A stretch of DNA of 39,639 nt from a virus (lineage: Duplodnaviria; Caudoviricetes): the IMG/VR virus record IMGVR_UViG_3300011417_000016, positions 1 to 39,639 of that record, one strand, 5' to 3'. Positions within the stretch are counted from its first letter, which is position 1; every line of letters begins with the position of its first letter. Below are positions 26,028 through 35,034 of this stretch, in pieces. The notes beneath the pieces were generated by a model, which worked only from the letters and a program-made list of their open reading frames with translations, had not been told where the DNA came from and did no database searches. Position numbers and translations under genes: made by a program.

Positions 26028-26941
26028 TACCCCTCCCGGGCAAATGCCCGCTGGCGTTTCCGGTGTTCGTGGCGGAGGCGCAGGACCTCGACGCGGGCCT
26101 CACGCGCCGCGCTGGCGGCGGCGCTGCCGCCGGCGAGCTTCTCCAGGACCTGCGTCAGGCTGGCGACGCGGTCCACCATCTTGGCGGCCAGGGCCCGTTC
26201 CGCCATCACGGTGCGGCCCTGGCCGAACTCGTCGCGGACCTTCTGGGCACTCACACCGCGGTTGCGAGCGACGGCCTTCACGAACTTCGTGTAGCACTCG
26301 TCGCAGCCCTCCTGCAAGTGATCGCGCGCGGCCGTGCTGAGCGGCTCCCAGGGGTTGATGTCGGCTTTGTATTTCCCGGCCCGCACCATGGTCACCTTGA
26401 TGCCCGCTTCGTCGAGGGCCTTCGAGTACTCGATGTGTGCCGACCAGACGCCGACCGAGCCGACCTCGCCGCCGGGGGTCACAAAGAGCAGGGTCGCCGA
26501 AGAACCAATCCAGTAGCCGGCGCTGAGCGCCTCGCTGTTGGCGATGCCGTAGATGGGCTTCACCTTCCTCGCGTCGTAGAGCACCTCGCCGAACTCCTCG
26601 ACGCCGTAGGAGCTGCCCCCCGGCGAGTCGATATCGAGCACGATCGCGTCCACTTCCTTGGCGTTCAGGAGGTCACGGACGCGCTGCTCGCCCAGGTCGG
26701 TGCTGAAGCCGCCGCCGTAGTAGCCGTAGGCAGAGGTGCGTTGCTCGATGATGCCGTAGATGGGCAGGATGCCGATGCGGCCGCTGACCCGGCGCAGCGC
26801 CTTGGCCTGGGCCTGGCGCGCCTCCTCGAGCTGGGCGGCCGTCGGCCAGGGCCGCGTCGCCTGTCGGGCGATCATGAGCTCGACCCGTTCCGGTGGCATG
26901 AGCCACATCGACAGCGCGTTGCTGATGGCCTTGTCGCTCAT
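26027..26941 (-). CDS. Prohead maturation protease, S49 (SppA/ClpP-like)
   Basis: IVLDIDSPGGS...ALSAGYWIGS...EVGSVGV...AGKYKAD. Confidence 0.92.
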   Translation of the reverse strand: MSDKAISNALSMWLMPPERVELMIARQATRPWPTAAQLEEARQAQAKALRRVSGRIGILPIYGIIEQRTSAYGYYGGGFSTDLGEQRVRDLLNAKEVDAIVLDIDSPGGSSYGVEEFGEVLYDARKVKPIYGIANSEALSAGYWIGSSATLLFVTPGGEVGSVGVWSAHIEYSKALDEAGIKVTMVRAGKYKADINPWEPLSTAARDHLQEGCDECYTKFVKAVARNRGVSAQKVRDEFGQGRTVMAERALAAKMVDRVASLTQVLEKLAGGSAAASAAREARVEVLRLRHEHRKRQRAFAREG

Positions 26942-28701
26942 CGGGAGTCTCCTTTCAGGATCAGGCCGGCCTCGCGTTGGGCGCGTTCGCTCGGCCAGGA
27001 ATCCAGGCGCGCCAGGAACTGGCTGCGCGTCTCGCGGTTGAAGGCCTCGACCAGCTCCGCCCTGGAGCTGGCGATCACCCGGTCCGCCAGCGTGCCGGCG
27101 TCGACCGCGCTGCCCGCACAGCGGAGGACCTCGGCCGCGGGCTGGAGCGCCCGAGCCAGCGCGTCACGGTGCCGAGGATAGAAGTCGCGCATCCAGCCTT
27201 CCACGTCACTGCCGCCGACCAGGGCCCGCTTGGCCGCGTTGGCTTCCTTCGTGAACATCCGCCCCAGCGCGTCTGCCAGCACCTTCTCGCCGGCGGCACG
27301 CCAACCGTCCGCGGATCCGGTGTCAGATCCGCGGCCCGCCTTCCTGCGCTCCAGCTCGCCCAGGTGCTGGCGGAGGGCTTGCCGCTCGGCCTTCTTCATG
27401 CGTTGCCGCATCCAGGCATCGAACTCCGCGGCGTTGTCGCCCGGCGCCCCGCTCTGGTCGCTGCCCGGGCCGCGGCCCGGTTCGTCGTAACCGAGGGCCG
27501 CCTGCTCGGCCGTGGTCATGTTGAGGGGCACGTAGTGGACGTCGCCGGCGGGCCCGATGCCGTTGAGGTTCTCCAGGCGCCGGCATTCGTTGATCGACAG
27601 GAGGCCGATCATGATCGCCGTCCGGTAGCTGGTCATGCGGCTGCCGATGTCGCCCCGGAGGAGGGCGGCGAAGTTGTGCTCGAAATACAGCTCGTTCCGT
27701 TCCTCGGGCGCGAGCAGCTTCATGTTCAGGGCTTCTTCCCAGCGCCGCACCCAGGGGAAGAAGCTGTAGATGATGAGCTCCAGGCCCTGTTGCTCGATGT
27801 TGTTATTGGTGCTCCGGTCGAGATCTGCGAGCACGTGGGGCGGCAGCCGGTACCAGCGGGCGATCTCCGTCACGTTGTACTTGCGGTTCTGGATGAACTG
27901 GGCGTCGAGGTTCGAGAAATTGAGCTTCTCGATCTTGGACTCGATCGGCAGGATGGCCAGGTTCTCGCCGTCGGGGTGGCCGTGGATGTCCTTCCACTCC
28001 TGGCGAAAGTTCTTGCGGGCATCCTGGTCCCGCATGCCCGGCCCGTGCACCACCAGCGAGGGCATGTTGCCAGAGCCAAACTGCTTTCCCCCGTGCCGCT
28101 CGGTGCCGATCCCGAAGCCGATGCACTCGCGGGCGTAGCTCACCACACCCTTGCCCCAGACGCCGTCCTCGGTCAGGCAGCCCGGGATGTGGAGCACCTC
28201 CTCGGCCCGCATGGCGACCTGCCTGCCGTCGTTGTTGCGGACGAGATAGCCGTAGCCGGGGCGGTTGTCGGCCGGCCGCACGGGCTGCACCCGGCTGGGG
28301 TGGATGGGATACAGGCCGAGGATCCGGCTCCGGTAGTCGCCGAAACGCTCCCGCTCGATCTCGCCGAAGCCGTTGCCCCAGTTGACCTGGTGCATGGTGC
28401 GGCCTTCGCGGAAGGCCATCGAGCCCATGCCGTGGTTGGGGAACGACTTCACCAGCTCGAAGCGGTAGTCGTCACTGGCGAGCGTGCGTTCGTTGTTCGG
28501 TAGCCGGCGATACATGGCGATCGGCAGCCCGGCCACAGTTTCGCAGATGATCCGGGTGGCACACCAGACCGCGGCGTAGGTGAGGGCAATGTCCTCGTCC
28601 ACGACAACTCCGGCCTGCGTGCGCGAGCGGCGCGTGGGCCAGCCCGACGAGTCATACGCAGCGGCCAGCCGGCCGGGCGGACCAAACAGGAGTTCAAGCA
28701 T
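26938..28701 (-). CDS. Portal protein, HK97 family, with a long C-terminal extension
   Basis: AVWCATRIICETVAGLP...EEVLHI...EIARWYRLPPH...NECRRLENL. Confidence 0.93.
   Translation of the reverse strand: MLELLFGPPGRLAAAYDSSGWPTRRSRTQAGVVVDEDIALTYAAVWCATRIICETVAGLPIAMYRRLPNNERTLASDDYRFELVKSFPNHGMGSMAFREGRTMHQVNWGNGFGEIERERFGDYRSRILGLYPIHPSRVQPVRPADNRPGYGYLVRNNDGRQVAMRAEEVLHIPGCLTEDGVWGKGVVSYARECIGFGIGTERHGGKQFGSGNMPSLVVHGPGMRDQDARKNFRQEWKDIHGHPDGENLAILPIESKIEKLNFSNLDAQFIQNRKYNVTEIARWYRLPPHVLADLDRSTNNNIEQQGLELIIYSFFPWVRRWEEALNMKLLAPEERNELYFEHNFAALLRGDIGSRMTSYRTAIMIGLLSINECRRLENLNGIGPAGDVHYVPLNMTTAEQAALGYDEPGRGPGSDQSGAPGDNAAEFDAWMRQRMKKAERQALRQHLGELERRKAGRGSDTGSADGWRAAGEKVLADALGRMFTKEANAAKRALVGGSDVEGWMRDFYPRHRDALARALQPAAEVLRCAGSAVDAGTLADRVIASSRAELVEAFNRETRSQFLARLDSWPSERAQREAGLILKGDSR
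27311..27332. repeat. GCGGATC-N8-GATCCGC palindrome copy inside the portal gene
   Basis: GCGGATC CGGTGTCA GATCCGC. Confidence 0.85.
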
Positions 28702-28912
28702 CGCGGGTTCCTCCTCGCAGGTGAGTCCACGCCAGGCAGGCGAACACGAGGGCGCCGGGCACGATCAGGGCCAGGGACGGCCGCTCCAGCCAGAGGCCGC
28801 CGGCGATCGCGGCCACGGCCAGCGTGGCCGCGCCGCTCCGGACCTGGCGGCCACAGAAGAGCCGCGCGCGGGCGACAGGGACCTTCAGCCGGTAGACGAG
28901 CCTGCGCAGCAT
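28694..28912 (-). CDS. Small membrane protein between terL and portal
   Basis: Two short hydrophobic segments; position is common in HK97-like phages. Confidence 0.65.
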   Translation of the reverse strand: MLRRLVYRLKVPVARARLFCGRQVRSGAATLAVAAIAGGLWLERPSLALIVPGALVFACLAWTHLRGGTRDA

Positions 28913-28914
28913 GG

Positions 28915-30702
28915 TCAGTTCCTCAAGCATCCGGGGCGGTACCAGTCGTCCTTGTCCTTGAACTGCCGGGCCATCTCCAGGGCCATGATGCCGGCGACGA
29001 GGCCGTCGATCGTCTTGATGTCGCCATGCTTGGGTTTCACCGGGCGCTTGTTGGCGTTGACGTCCGTCTTCACGCGGACGTTGCCGGCCTGCCAACTGAA
29101 GAGGCCGTTGTCGGGGTGGTGCATCGTGCCGTCGATGACCAGGGCCTCGTACTCGTCGGTCGGGGCAGCGAAGTCGGTGATGGTCTGGTTGAAGGCCACC
29201 ACCTCGTCGAGGTGGTAGGCATGATCCTCCTCGATCAGACGCTGGATGAGCTGCTCGGCGTAGACGTCGTCGTAGGCCAGCTTCCGCAGGCGGTAGAGCT
29301 TCTTGATCTCGATCAGCTTGCGGCGGATGAAGGAGTAGTCGGTGGTGTCGCCGTCGGTCAGGGTGCAGAAGCCCTGGGCCTCCCACTCGAGGTAGCGGAC
29401 CTTGTCCCGCAAGGCCTCCGCCCGTCGGCGGGGGAGCCAGTACCAGACGAGCTGCTTGAAGGCCTCGGCGTCCTCGGGGAACGTGAGCACAAGCGCGCAG
29501 GTGTCCCGCACTCGGGCCAGGTCCAGCCCCCCGAAGCAGACGCGCCCGAGCAGGTCCTCGGGGGAGTACACGCGCCTGCACTTCTCCCAGTCGCCGGCCC
29601 GGAGCCAGGGAGTGGCCGTCCTGGTCCAAATGTCCAGCCGGTACATCTTGAAACGGGCCAGCTCGACGAGCGACACCCGGGAGCTGTGATAGTCCGCGAG
29701 GAATTCTTCCTCTCGGACTGTGTGCCCCCAGGCCGGATTGGCGAGCCTGCCCCACTTGACCGGGTCGGCGGCCAGGTCCTCATCGCTCAGATCCTGGGGC
29801 GCGGCGTAGCACACGAAGAAGTGCTGCTCATCGACGACCTCGCCTTTCTCCACCTGCAGGCCATAGTCCCAGCGCTCCTTGCCGTAGCTCTCGGGATCGT
29901 CGCCGGCCGTCGACACCTCGATGTGCAGGGGTTCGCTCCGCGAGATGCCGGCGCGGGAGATGCGGCCAATGAACTCCCGATCGACGACGTGCGTTTCGTC
30001 GATGAGGATCGAGCCGTTCAGGCCCTCCTTGGCCTTCTGCGTTTTCGTGTCGCCCGAGCTGATCGGTTTGAGCCGAGACCGGGAGGGCTCGTGGGTGATC
30101 TGCATCAGGCTCAAGTTGACCGTGCACTCGGCCTGGAGCTCCTGGGACTGGTTGACCATCTCGACGGTGTGCTTGCCGACCGCTTCGCGGGCCTGGGAAC
30201 CGTCCTTGGCGCCGATGTAGGCGTTCTGACCAGCCTCGCCGTCGCCGGCGATCAGGTACAATCCCCACGCGGCCAGCGTCGGCGACTTCTTATTCTTCTT
30301 TGGCATCCAGGCGGAGGCCTTGCGGAAGCGGCGGATGTTCCGGCCGAAGTCGTCGGACCACTTCTGCCAGCCGAAGATCCGCATCGTCACGTCGTACTGC
30401 CAGTCGATCGCGTGCCCTTTGCGAACGCACTCGGCGTGCCGGCGTGCCCGCTCGACGGCCGTCGCTTTGGCTGCCTCATCCCAGACGTCGTGGCATGGCA
30501 GCTTGTAGTCGCACTGGTGGCAGCCGCGCAGGATGAGCGGCTCGCCGGCGTGCTCTCCCTCGTAGAGTCGGCAGAAGCGTTCGATCCACCACACCACAAA
30601 GCCGCCGACCTCGGGCGCGAACCAGCAGCCGTGCTCGGCAGCCTTCTGGTCCGAGGCGTTGCGTATCCACGCTTTGGTGATGGCGTTGATTTGCTTGGGC
30701 AT
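28915..30702 (-). CDS. terL: Terminase large subunit
   Basis: Walker A-like PKKNKKS; Walker B ILIDETH; STAG; CFGGLDLA nuclease motif; IDGLVA. Confidence 0.93.
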   Translation of the reverse strand: MPKQINAITKAWIRNASDQKAAEHGCWFAPEVGGFVVWWIERFCRLYEGEHAGEPLILRGCHQCDYKLPCHDVWDEAAKATAVERARRHAECVRKGHAIDWQYDVTMRIFGWQKWSDDFGRNIRRFRKASAWMPKKNKKSPTLAAWGLYLIAGDGEAGQNAYIGAKDGSQAREAVGKHTVEMVNQSQELQAECTVNLSLMQITHEPSRSRLKPISSGDTKTQKAKEGLNGSILIDETHVVDREFIGRISRAGISRSEPLHIEVSTAGDDPESYGKERWDYGLQVEKGEVVDEQHFFVCYAAPQDLSDEDLAADPVKWGRLANPAWGHTVREEEFLADYHSSRVSLVELARFKMYRLDIWTRTATPWLRAGDWEKCRRVYSPEDLLGRVCFGGLDLARVRDTCALVLTFPEDAEAFKQLVWYWLPRRRAEALRDKVRYLEWEAQGFCTLTDGDTTDYSFIRRKLIEIKKLYRLRKLAYDDVYAEQLIQRLIEEDHAYHLDEVVAFNQTITDFAAPTDEYEALVIDGTMHHPDNGLFSWQAGNVRVKTDVNANKRPVKPKHGDIKTIDGLVAGIMALEMARQFKDKDDWYRPGCLRN

Positions 30703-31160
30703 CAGTTCCGCTTCCGTGCGGGGACTCCACTTCCTTGCGGCTTCTTCGGCGCGGGCACGTCCACCTGGGCGGTCGGCGTAAATCCGAACTGCTGGCCGAG
30801 GCGCGTCACCCGATCGAAGGCCCGATTGCGAATCGACACGAGCGGGTGCTGCACCAGGTTGCCTTTGTCCGTCGTGGCGGTCAGGCCTTCCTTCTGGAGC
30901 TGCAGCGCGCAGTCGACGAACTCGCCCCACGCCTCGCAGTACATGATCAGCGCCACCTGGTAGTCGCGCGACCAGAGCCCTTTCTCGGTGAGCAACACCG
31001 CCTGGCGGTCCCACTCAGCGCGAGCTTCTCCCTTGAGGAGGCCGGGGCATACCGGCTTGTCGGTCGCCGGCGGAGGAGGCGGAGGCTTCTTCTTCGCCCG
31101 CCAGCTCCCCTTGAACTCTGCCTTGGCCTTCGTGTGCGGCCGCGGTCCGCGCTTGCCCAC
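30702..31160 (-). CDS. terS: Terminase small subunit, P27 family
   Basis: MGKRGPRP...EARAEW...YCEAW...QHPLV...FGFTP. Confidence 0.9.
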   Translation of the reverse strand: MGKRGPRPHTKAKAEFKGSWRAKKKPPPPPPATDKPVCPGLLKGEARAEWDRQAVLLTEKGLWSRDYQVALIMYCEAWGEFVDCALQLQKEGLTATTDKGNLVQHPLVSIRNRAFDRVTRLGQQFGFTPTAQVDVPAPKKPQGSGVPARKRN

Positions 31161-31167
31161 GGCGACC

Positions 31168-31407
31168 TCACCGTCTCGGAGCTGGCGCGTCCGGCCCGGG
31201 CGTCGCGCTGTTGTTCAGCACAATCTGCGAGTCGCCGACGCGCTCGAGGCGTTGCAGGTCGAACCATTGTGACTCGCCGGGCGTGCCGTCCTCTTTGACG
31301 GACGGCGCGAGCAACGCCTGGTTGCAGCCGCTGATGTACACGACCATCCCGGTCACAACACCGGTGAAGCCGGTGACCAGGTCGCGTGCCTTCTGCCCGA
31401 GTTCCAT
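31168..31407 (-). CDS. Small SH3-like phage protein
   Basis: MELGQKARDLVTGFTGVVTG..YISGC...QWFD. Confidence 0.75.
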   Translation of the reverse strand: MELGQKARDLVTGFTGVVTGMVVYISGCNQALLAPSVKEDGTPGESQWFDLQRLERVGDSQIVLNNSATPGPDAPAPRR

Positions 31408-31429
31408 ACCCCCCCCCCTCCCAAAACCG

Positions 31430-31505
31430 GTGAAAAAATCTGCGCGCGGGGCCGAACGGTCCCCTCGCTCCAGGCCCAAGGATCGAGACCCCCCTCCCCT
31501 ATACA
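31430..31505 (-). other. Candidate cos/packaging site
   Basis: Non-coding region between the HNH block and terS; G-tract, GGGGACCGTTCGGCCCC dyad and ATTTTTT tract, as in HNH-associated cos phages. Confidence 0.5.
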
Positions 31506-31563
31506 CCGGGCCGGCATATAGAACACGAATCCTATTAGCAAACAGGATGAGAGAGGTCGCAAA

Positions 31564-31815
31564 TCAATGAAAGCAGCAGCCGTGATGCTCCTGTTCCTCC
31601 ATCGCTGCGAGCAGCGGCTGCTCCGCCGTGCGCCGCGCGAACTCGAACAGGCGCTCGAGTGACACCTCGTACTTCGTGTGCGAGCCCTTGGCCCAGACCG
31701 TCAACCGTTTCCCGGTCAGCAGCAGCATGATCGGCTTGCCGCCGTGCCGCGCGTCCTCAGCGGGCACGTTGACCAGGGCCTGTCGAACCACTCGCCTGCG
31801 TAGGTGCGTTGCCAT
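31564..31815 (-). CDS. Hypothetical protein
   Basis: SD GAGGAGAGG. Confidence 0.55.
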   Translation of the reverse strand: MATHLRRRVVRQALVNVPAEDARHGGKPIMLLLTGKRLTVWAKGSHTKYEVSLERLFEFARRTAEQPLLAAMEEQEHHGCCFH

Positions 31816-32131
31816 GATCGCCTCTCCTCGAGCGGCCGAAGCCGCCGTCTTCCGTTGCGGTCTTCACGTCGTGATGGCGCTTGCACAGCCCCTGCCAGTT
31901 AGTCTCGTCCCAGAACAGCTCCTCGTCACCGCGATGCGGGACGATGTGGTCAACGATGACAGCAGGCTTCAGGTCACCACCTTTCAGACACTCGACACAC
32001 AACGGGTGCTCACGCAGGTAAGCCTTGCTCGCCTGGCGCCAGCGGTAGCTGTAGCCTCGCGCCGCCGCACTGGGCCGACGATCGGCAACGACCCGAGGAC
32101 GCCGGCGATAGGTGGATGGGCGCGTCGGCAT
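31757..32131 (-). CDS. HNH endonuclease (terminase-associated, HK97 gp74-like)
   Basis: HPLCVEC...VDHIVPHRGD..LFWDETNWQGLCKRHHDVKT. Confidence 0.93.
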   Translation of the reverse strand: MPTRPSTYRRRPRVVADRRPSAAARGYSYRWRQASKAYLREHPLCVECLKGGDLKPAVIVDHIVPHRGDEELFWDETNWQGLCKRHHDVKTATEDGGFGRSRRGDHGNAPTQASGSTGPGQRAR

Positions 32132-32133
32132 GG

Positions 32134-32559
32134 TCAGGGCTTCTTGCCCTGGCCGTCCCAGGGTTTGGCGTGGCCGGCGCCGATCATCTCCACGCTGACC
32201 AGCTTCTTGTTGTCCGTCTCGAAGTCAGCCAGCGCCCGGCCGTATTTGTCGAGGCCCTTCAGGTGGGCGCGCCGCACGGTGCCCGGCCTGACCATGGCGA
32301 TCAGCGCCTTCGTCGCATCCGGGCCGCCGGGCTCAGTGCGCTCCCGCGCGTTGATCCCGTACACGCGACAGGACTCGGGCACGATGTAGCCGATCTCGAT
32401 GGTGTCGCCGTCGATGACCCGCAGGATGAGCACGTCGGCTTCGCCGCTCCGCGGCGGAAAGGACGCGAACCGCGGCGGTTCACCCAGGAGCCTGCCCGCC
32501 ACAATTCCCAGGCAGAGGGCCAGGCAAACCACCAGAACGATCGTCGTGAGGAAACGCAT
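32134..32559 (-). CDS. Thermonuclease (SNase) family protein with N-terminal membrane anchor/signal
   Basis: RVIDGDTI...RVYGINARE...DKYGRALA...GHAKPWDG. Confidence 0.88.
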   Translation of the reverse strand: MRFLTTIVLVVCLALCLGIVAGRLLGEPPRFASFPPRSGEADVLILRVIDGDTIEIGYIVPESCRVYGINARERTEPGGPDATKALIAMVRPGTVRRAHLKGLDKYGRALADFETDNKKLVSVEMIGAGHAKPWDGQGKKP

Positions 32560-32636
32560 CAACCAACCTCCGAGGGGAGAGAGTTCCCGGCCAGGGCGGA
32601 CGTGGCCCTGGCCGGGTGACCCACACAGAAACGTCG

Positions 32637-33494
32637 CTACTGCGGCGGCCCCTGTGGATTGACGAAAGCCCCTGTGGCCCCCGCTGGGTTCGCCGGCGTG
32701 CTATCGGCTCCGGTTCCACCGGCCTGCGTCTCGGCCCCGACGGGATATCGCCGCGCGAACGCCATGGCGCTGGTGGCGGTGATGCCGCGGATCGCCCGCA
32801 GATCGTTTTCCGTCGGCGTCCAGCCCGCGTCGTGGCGCTCTTCGGTGGTCTCGTGACTGATGGCCCACTTGAGCGGGTTGAAGGTTTTCCAGTCGTCCTC
32901 CGGGATCACCAGGTCCGCCTCGTTGGCCTTGTCGCGGCTGTACCCGAAGTACTTGGTGGCCATGTGGAACAGGATCCGGCGGACGTACTGGCCGATGTCG
33001 GCCGCGAAGAGCTGGGTCACCTCGATGGCCTTGTCCGCCTCGCTGTGCTGCATGGCCTCGGTCAGGCAGCGCAGGCACAAGTCACACCACTCGGCCAGGT
33101 CCTGGTTCCGAATGGCGTCGCCAAAGAAGGGCACCGGGTAGAGGATGAACTCCTTGCGGAAGCGGCCCGAGTGTTTGGGCTGCATCTGGTTTTCGTGCTC
33201 GGGGATGGCGCGGTCGAGGAGCCGTTTGCGACCGAGCGTGCAGAGCTGGTAGACGTCCCAGCAGGTTTGCTTGCTCACCGGCCGAACGAAGTCCTTGTCC
33301 TCGCGGTGCATGATGTCGAACAGGGCCCGGCCGATCGTGTTCACGAATCCCCATACCGTGCCGTTCACACACCACACCTTGCCGCCTGGGTTGGCAACGC
33401 CGTAGCCGGCGGCGCCCCAGCGGCCGTTGTAATACCACAGCGGCTCATCGGTGCCGAACGGTTCGCTCGTGACTGTTTTGGTCTCGTCGGGCAT
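32637..33494 (-). CDS. Hypothetical protein (285 aa)
   Basis: SD AAGGAGG; strong coding bias; no motif recognised. Confidence 0.8.
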   Translation of the reverse strand: MPDETKTVTSEPFGTDEPLWYYNGRWGAAGYGVANPGGKVWCVNGTVWGFVNTIGRALFDIMHREDKDFVRPVSKQTCWDVYQLCTLGRKRLLDRAIPEHENQMQPKHSGRFRKEFILYPVPFFGDAIRNQDLAEWCDLCLRCLTEAMQHSEADKAIEVTQLFAADIGQYVRRILFHMATKYFGYSRDKANEADLVIPEDDWKTFNPLKWAISHETTEERHDAGWTPTENDLRAIRGITATSAMAFARRYPVGAETQAGGTGADSTPANPAGATGAFVNPQGPPQ

Positions 33495-33504
33495 GGGGCC
33501 TCCT

Positions 33505-34932
33505 TCAGGACGCAGGTTGTGGCTGGCCGCTCATGATCTGCGTGGCCAGGTCGTTGACGAATTTGATGGTGTTGATGCTGCCGGGGTATTTGTCCGCACA
33601 GACAGCGAGTGCGTGCCTGAGTGCCTGAGCTTCGTGGTTGGACTCCTCATAGGGGACGAAGCTCTGTTGAGTCCTGATGACCTGCTCGGGCTGTTCCGGC
33701 GTCGTGACGACGACTCGCTCAGGAGGCGGGCTCGGCGGCTGCCGGTTCAGGAGCGTCGCCAGTGCAGCCTCGATTTGCGCGAGCCGACGGGCCAGGCGGC
33801 TGTCCGCCTGCGTCCCACCGTTCGGTGCCGGAAACGGCGGCGCTGCGGGAGGCGTGGCGCCTGCGGCTGGCGGTGGCTGCGGGGCCGCACCGCCCCTGGC
33901 GGCTCGACGCAAACGCAGGAGGCCCCGTAGACCCCAGATGCCCAGCCCGATCACCCCGCCGACAGGTCCGCCGATCGCGCCTGCGGCAATAGGGCCGAGC
34001 CAGCTTGCGTAGGGCTCAACGCGCTCGGCGATGTCGAGGGCGCGGCCCAGCTTCGAATCGTCGGCCGGCTTACCATCCTTCCCATCCACCCCGTCGCGGC
34101 CGTCTTTGCCATCGCGGCCAGGAGCTGGTGACCACGGTGCTTGCGGTGCAGGCCCAGGAACTGGGGGCTTATCCCCCCCGTTCTGAGGGGGGGCAGGGCG
34201 ACGCTGGAACCATCGCTCGCAGACGCGCTCATAAAACGCCACGGTCCGCTCGTACGACGTCGCCAGGGTGCGCTTGTCGTCGGTGCGGCTGTGCAGGACG
34301 CTGACGAGCTCGCCGCGGAGGTTGAAGATGCCGCCGCCGCTGTCGCCGCTGCGGGCTTCCGTCGAAATCCAAAGCGTGCCAGCGTTGAGGACTGCCGTTC
34401 CCTGCCCCACGTCCATGACGCGATTCGTTGCCGCCGGATAGCCGACCTTCAGGACCTCTTCGAGCGGCTTGGGTGCAACCGCAGCGACCTGAACGGTGGG
34501 CACGCGTAGCGCTTCGCCAACCTTGGCGGCAATCTCCACGGCTGCCAGATCATGGCCGAACTTGTCGGTGCCCAGGACGGCGCCGGTGAACTTCTGGCCG
34601 TCCGGGAAAATGACGGCCATCGTCTGGTGGCCAGCGGCGACGTGCTGGCAGGTCAGGATCAAGGCGTGCCGTTCGTCGGCCCAGACGCACGTCCCGGAGC
34701 CGCCAGAGCGATCGCCGTCAACCTTCACGCTGGCCGCGCACGCGACCTTCGCCTCGGCGGTCCGCGGTGCCGGCCGCGCGTAGGACGGCGGGCGAGCGGC
34801 TGAGCTTGGCGGCAGTGGATAGCTGCGATCGAAGGGCGCACGGCCCTCTGGGGGGCAGGTCAGTCAGCCAGGCCGCTGCGCATAGGCCGCGGCCGGCATG
34901 ATCAACAGCAGCAGAAAGGCAAAGCGTTTCAC
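33505..34932 (-). CDS. Secreted trypsin-like serine protease with collagen-like repeat and TM helix; in-frame TGA at codon 23 (candidate Sec/readthrough)
   Basis: SD GGAGG plus GTG 34932; signal peptide MKRFAFLLLLIMPAAAYA; triad LTCQH / HDLA / GDSGG; GRDGKDGRDGVDGKDG. Confidence 0.8.
34823..34866 (-). other. In-frame UGA and candidate bacterial SECIS hairpin
   Basis: UGA-CUGAC-CUGC-CCCCCA-GAGGGC-CGUGC-GCCCUU-CGAUC-GCAG. Confidence 0.5.
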
Positions 34933-35034
34933 TGGGCGGACCTCCGGGACATGCCGCATGCAAGGTCGTAGCCCCGCCCGCTCCGCCCGTCGTTCCCACG
35001 CGGATTGGGCAGGGCTGACCCCATGTTCCAGCCC

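Noticed and set aside
28915-31014. 699-aa TerL start given by the ORF track
   Set aside because: It overlaps terS; ATG 30702, coupled to the terS stop, is the more plausible start
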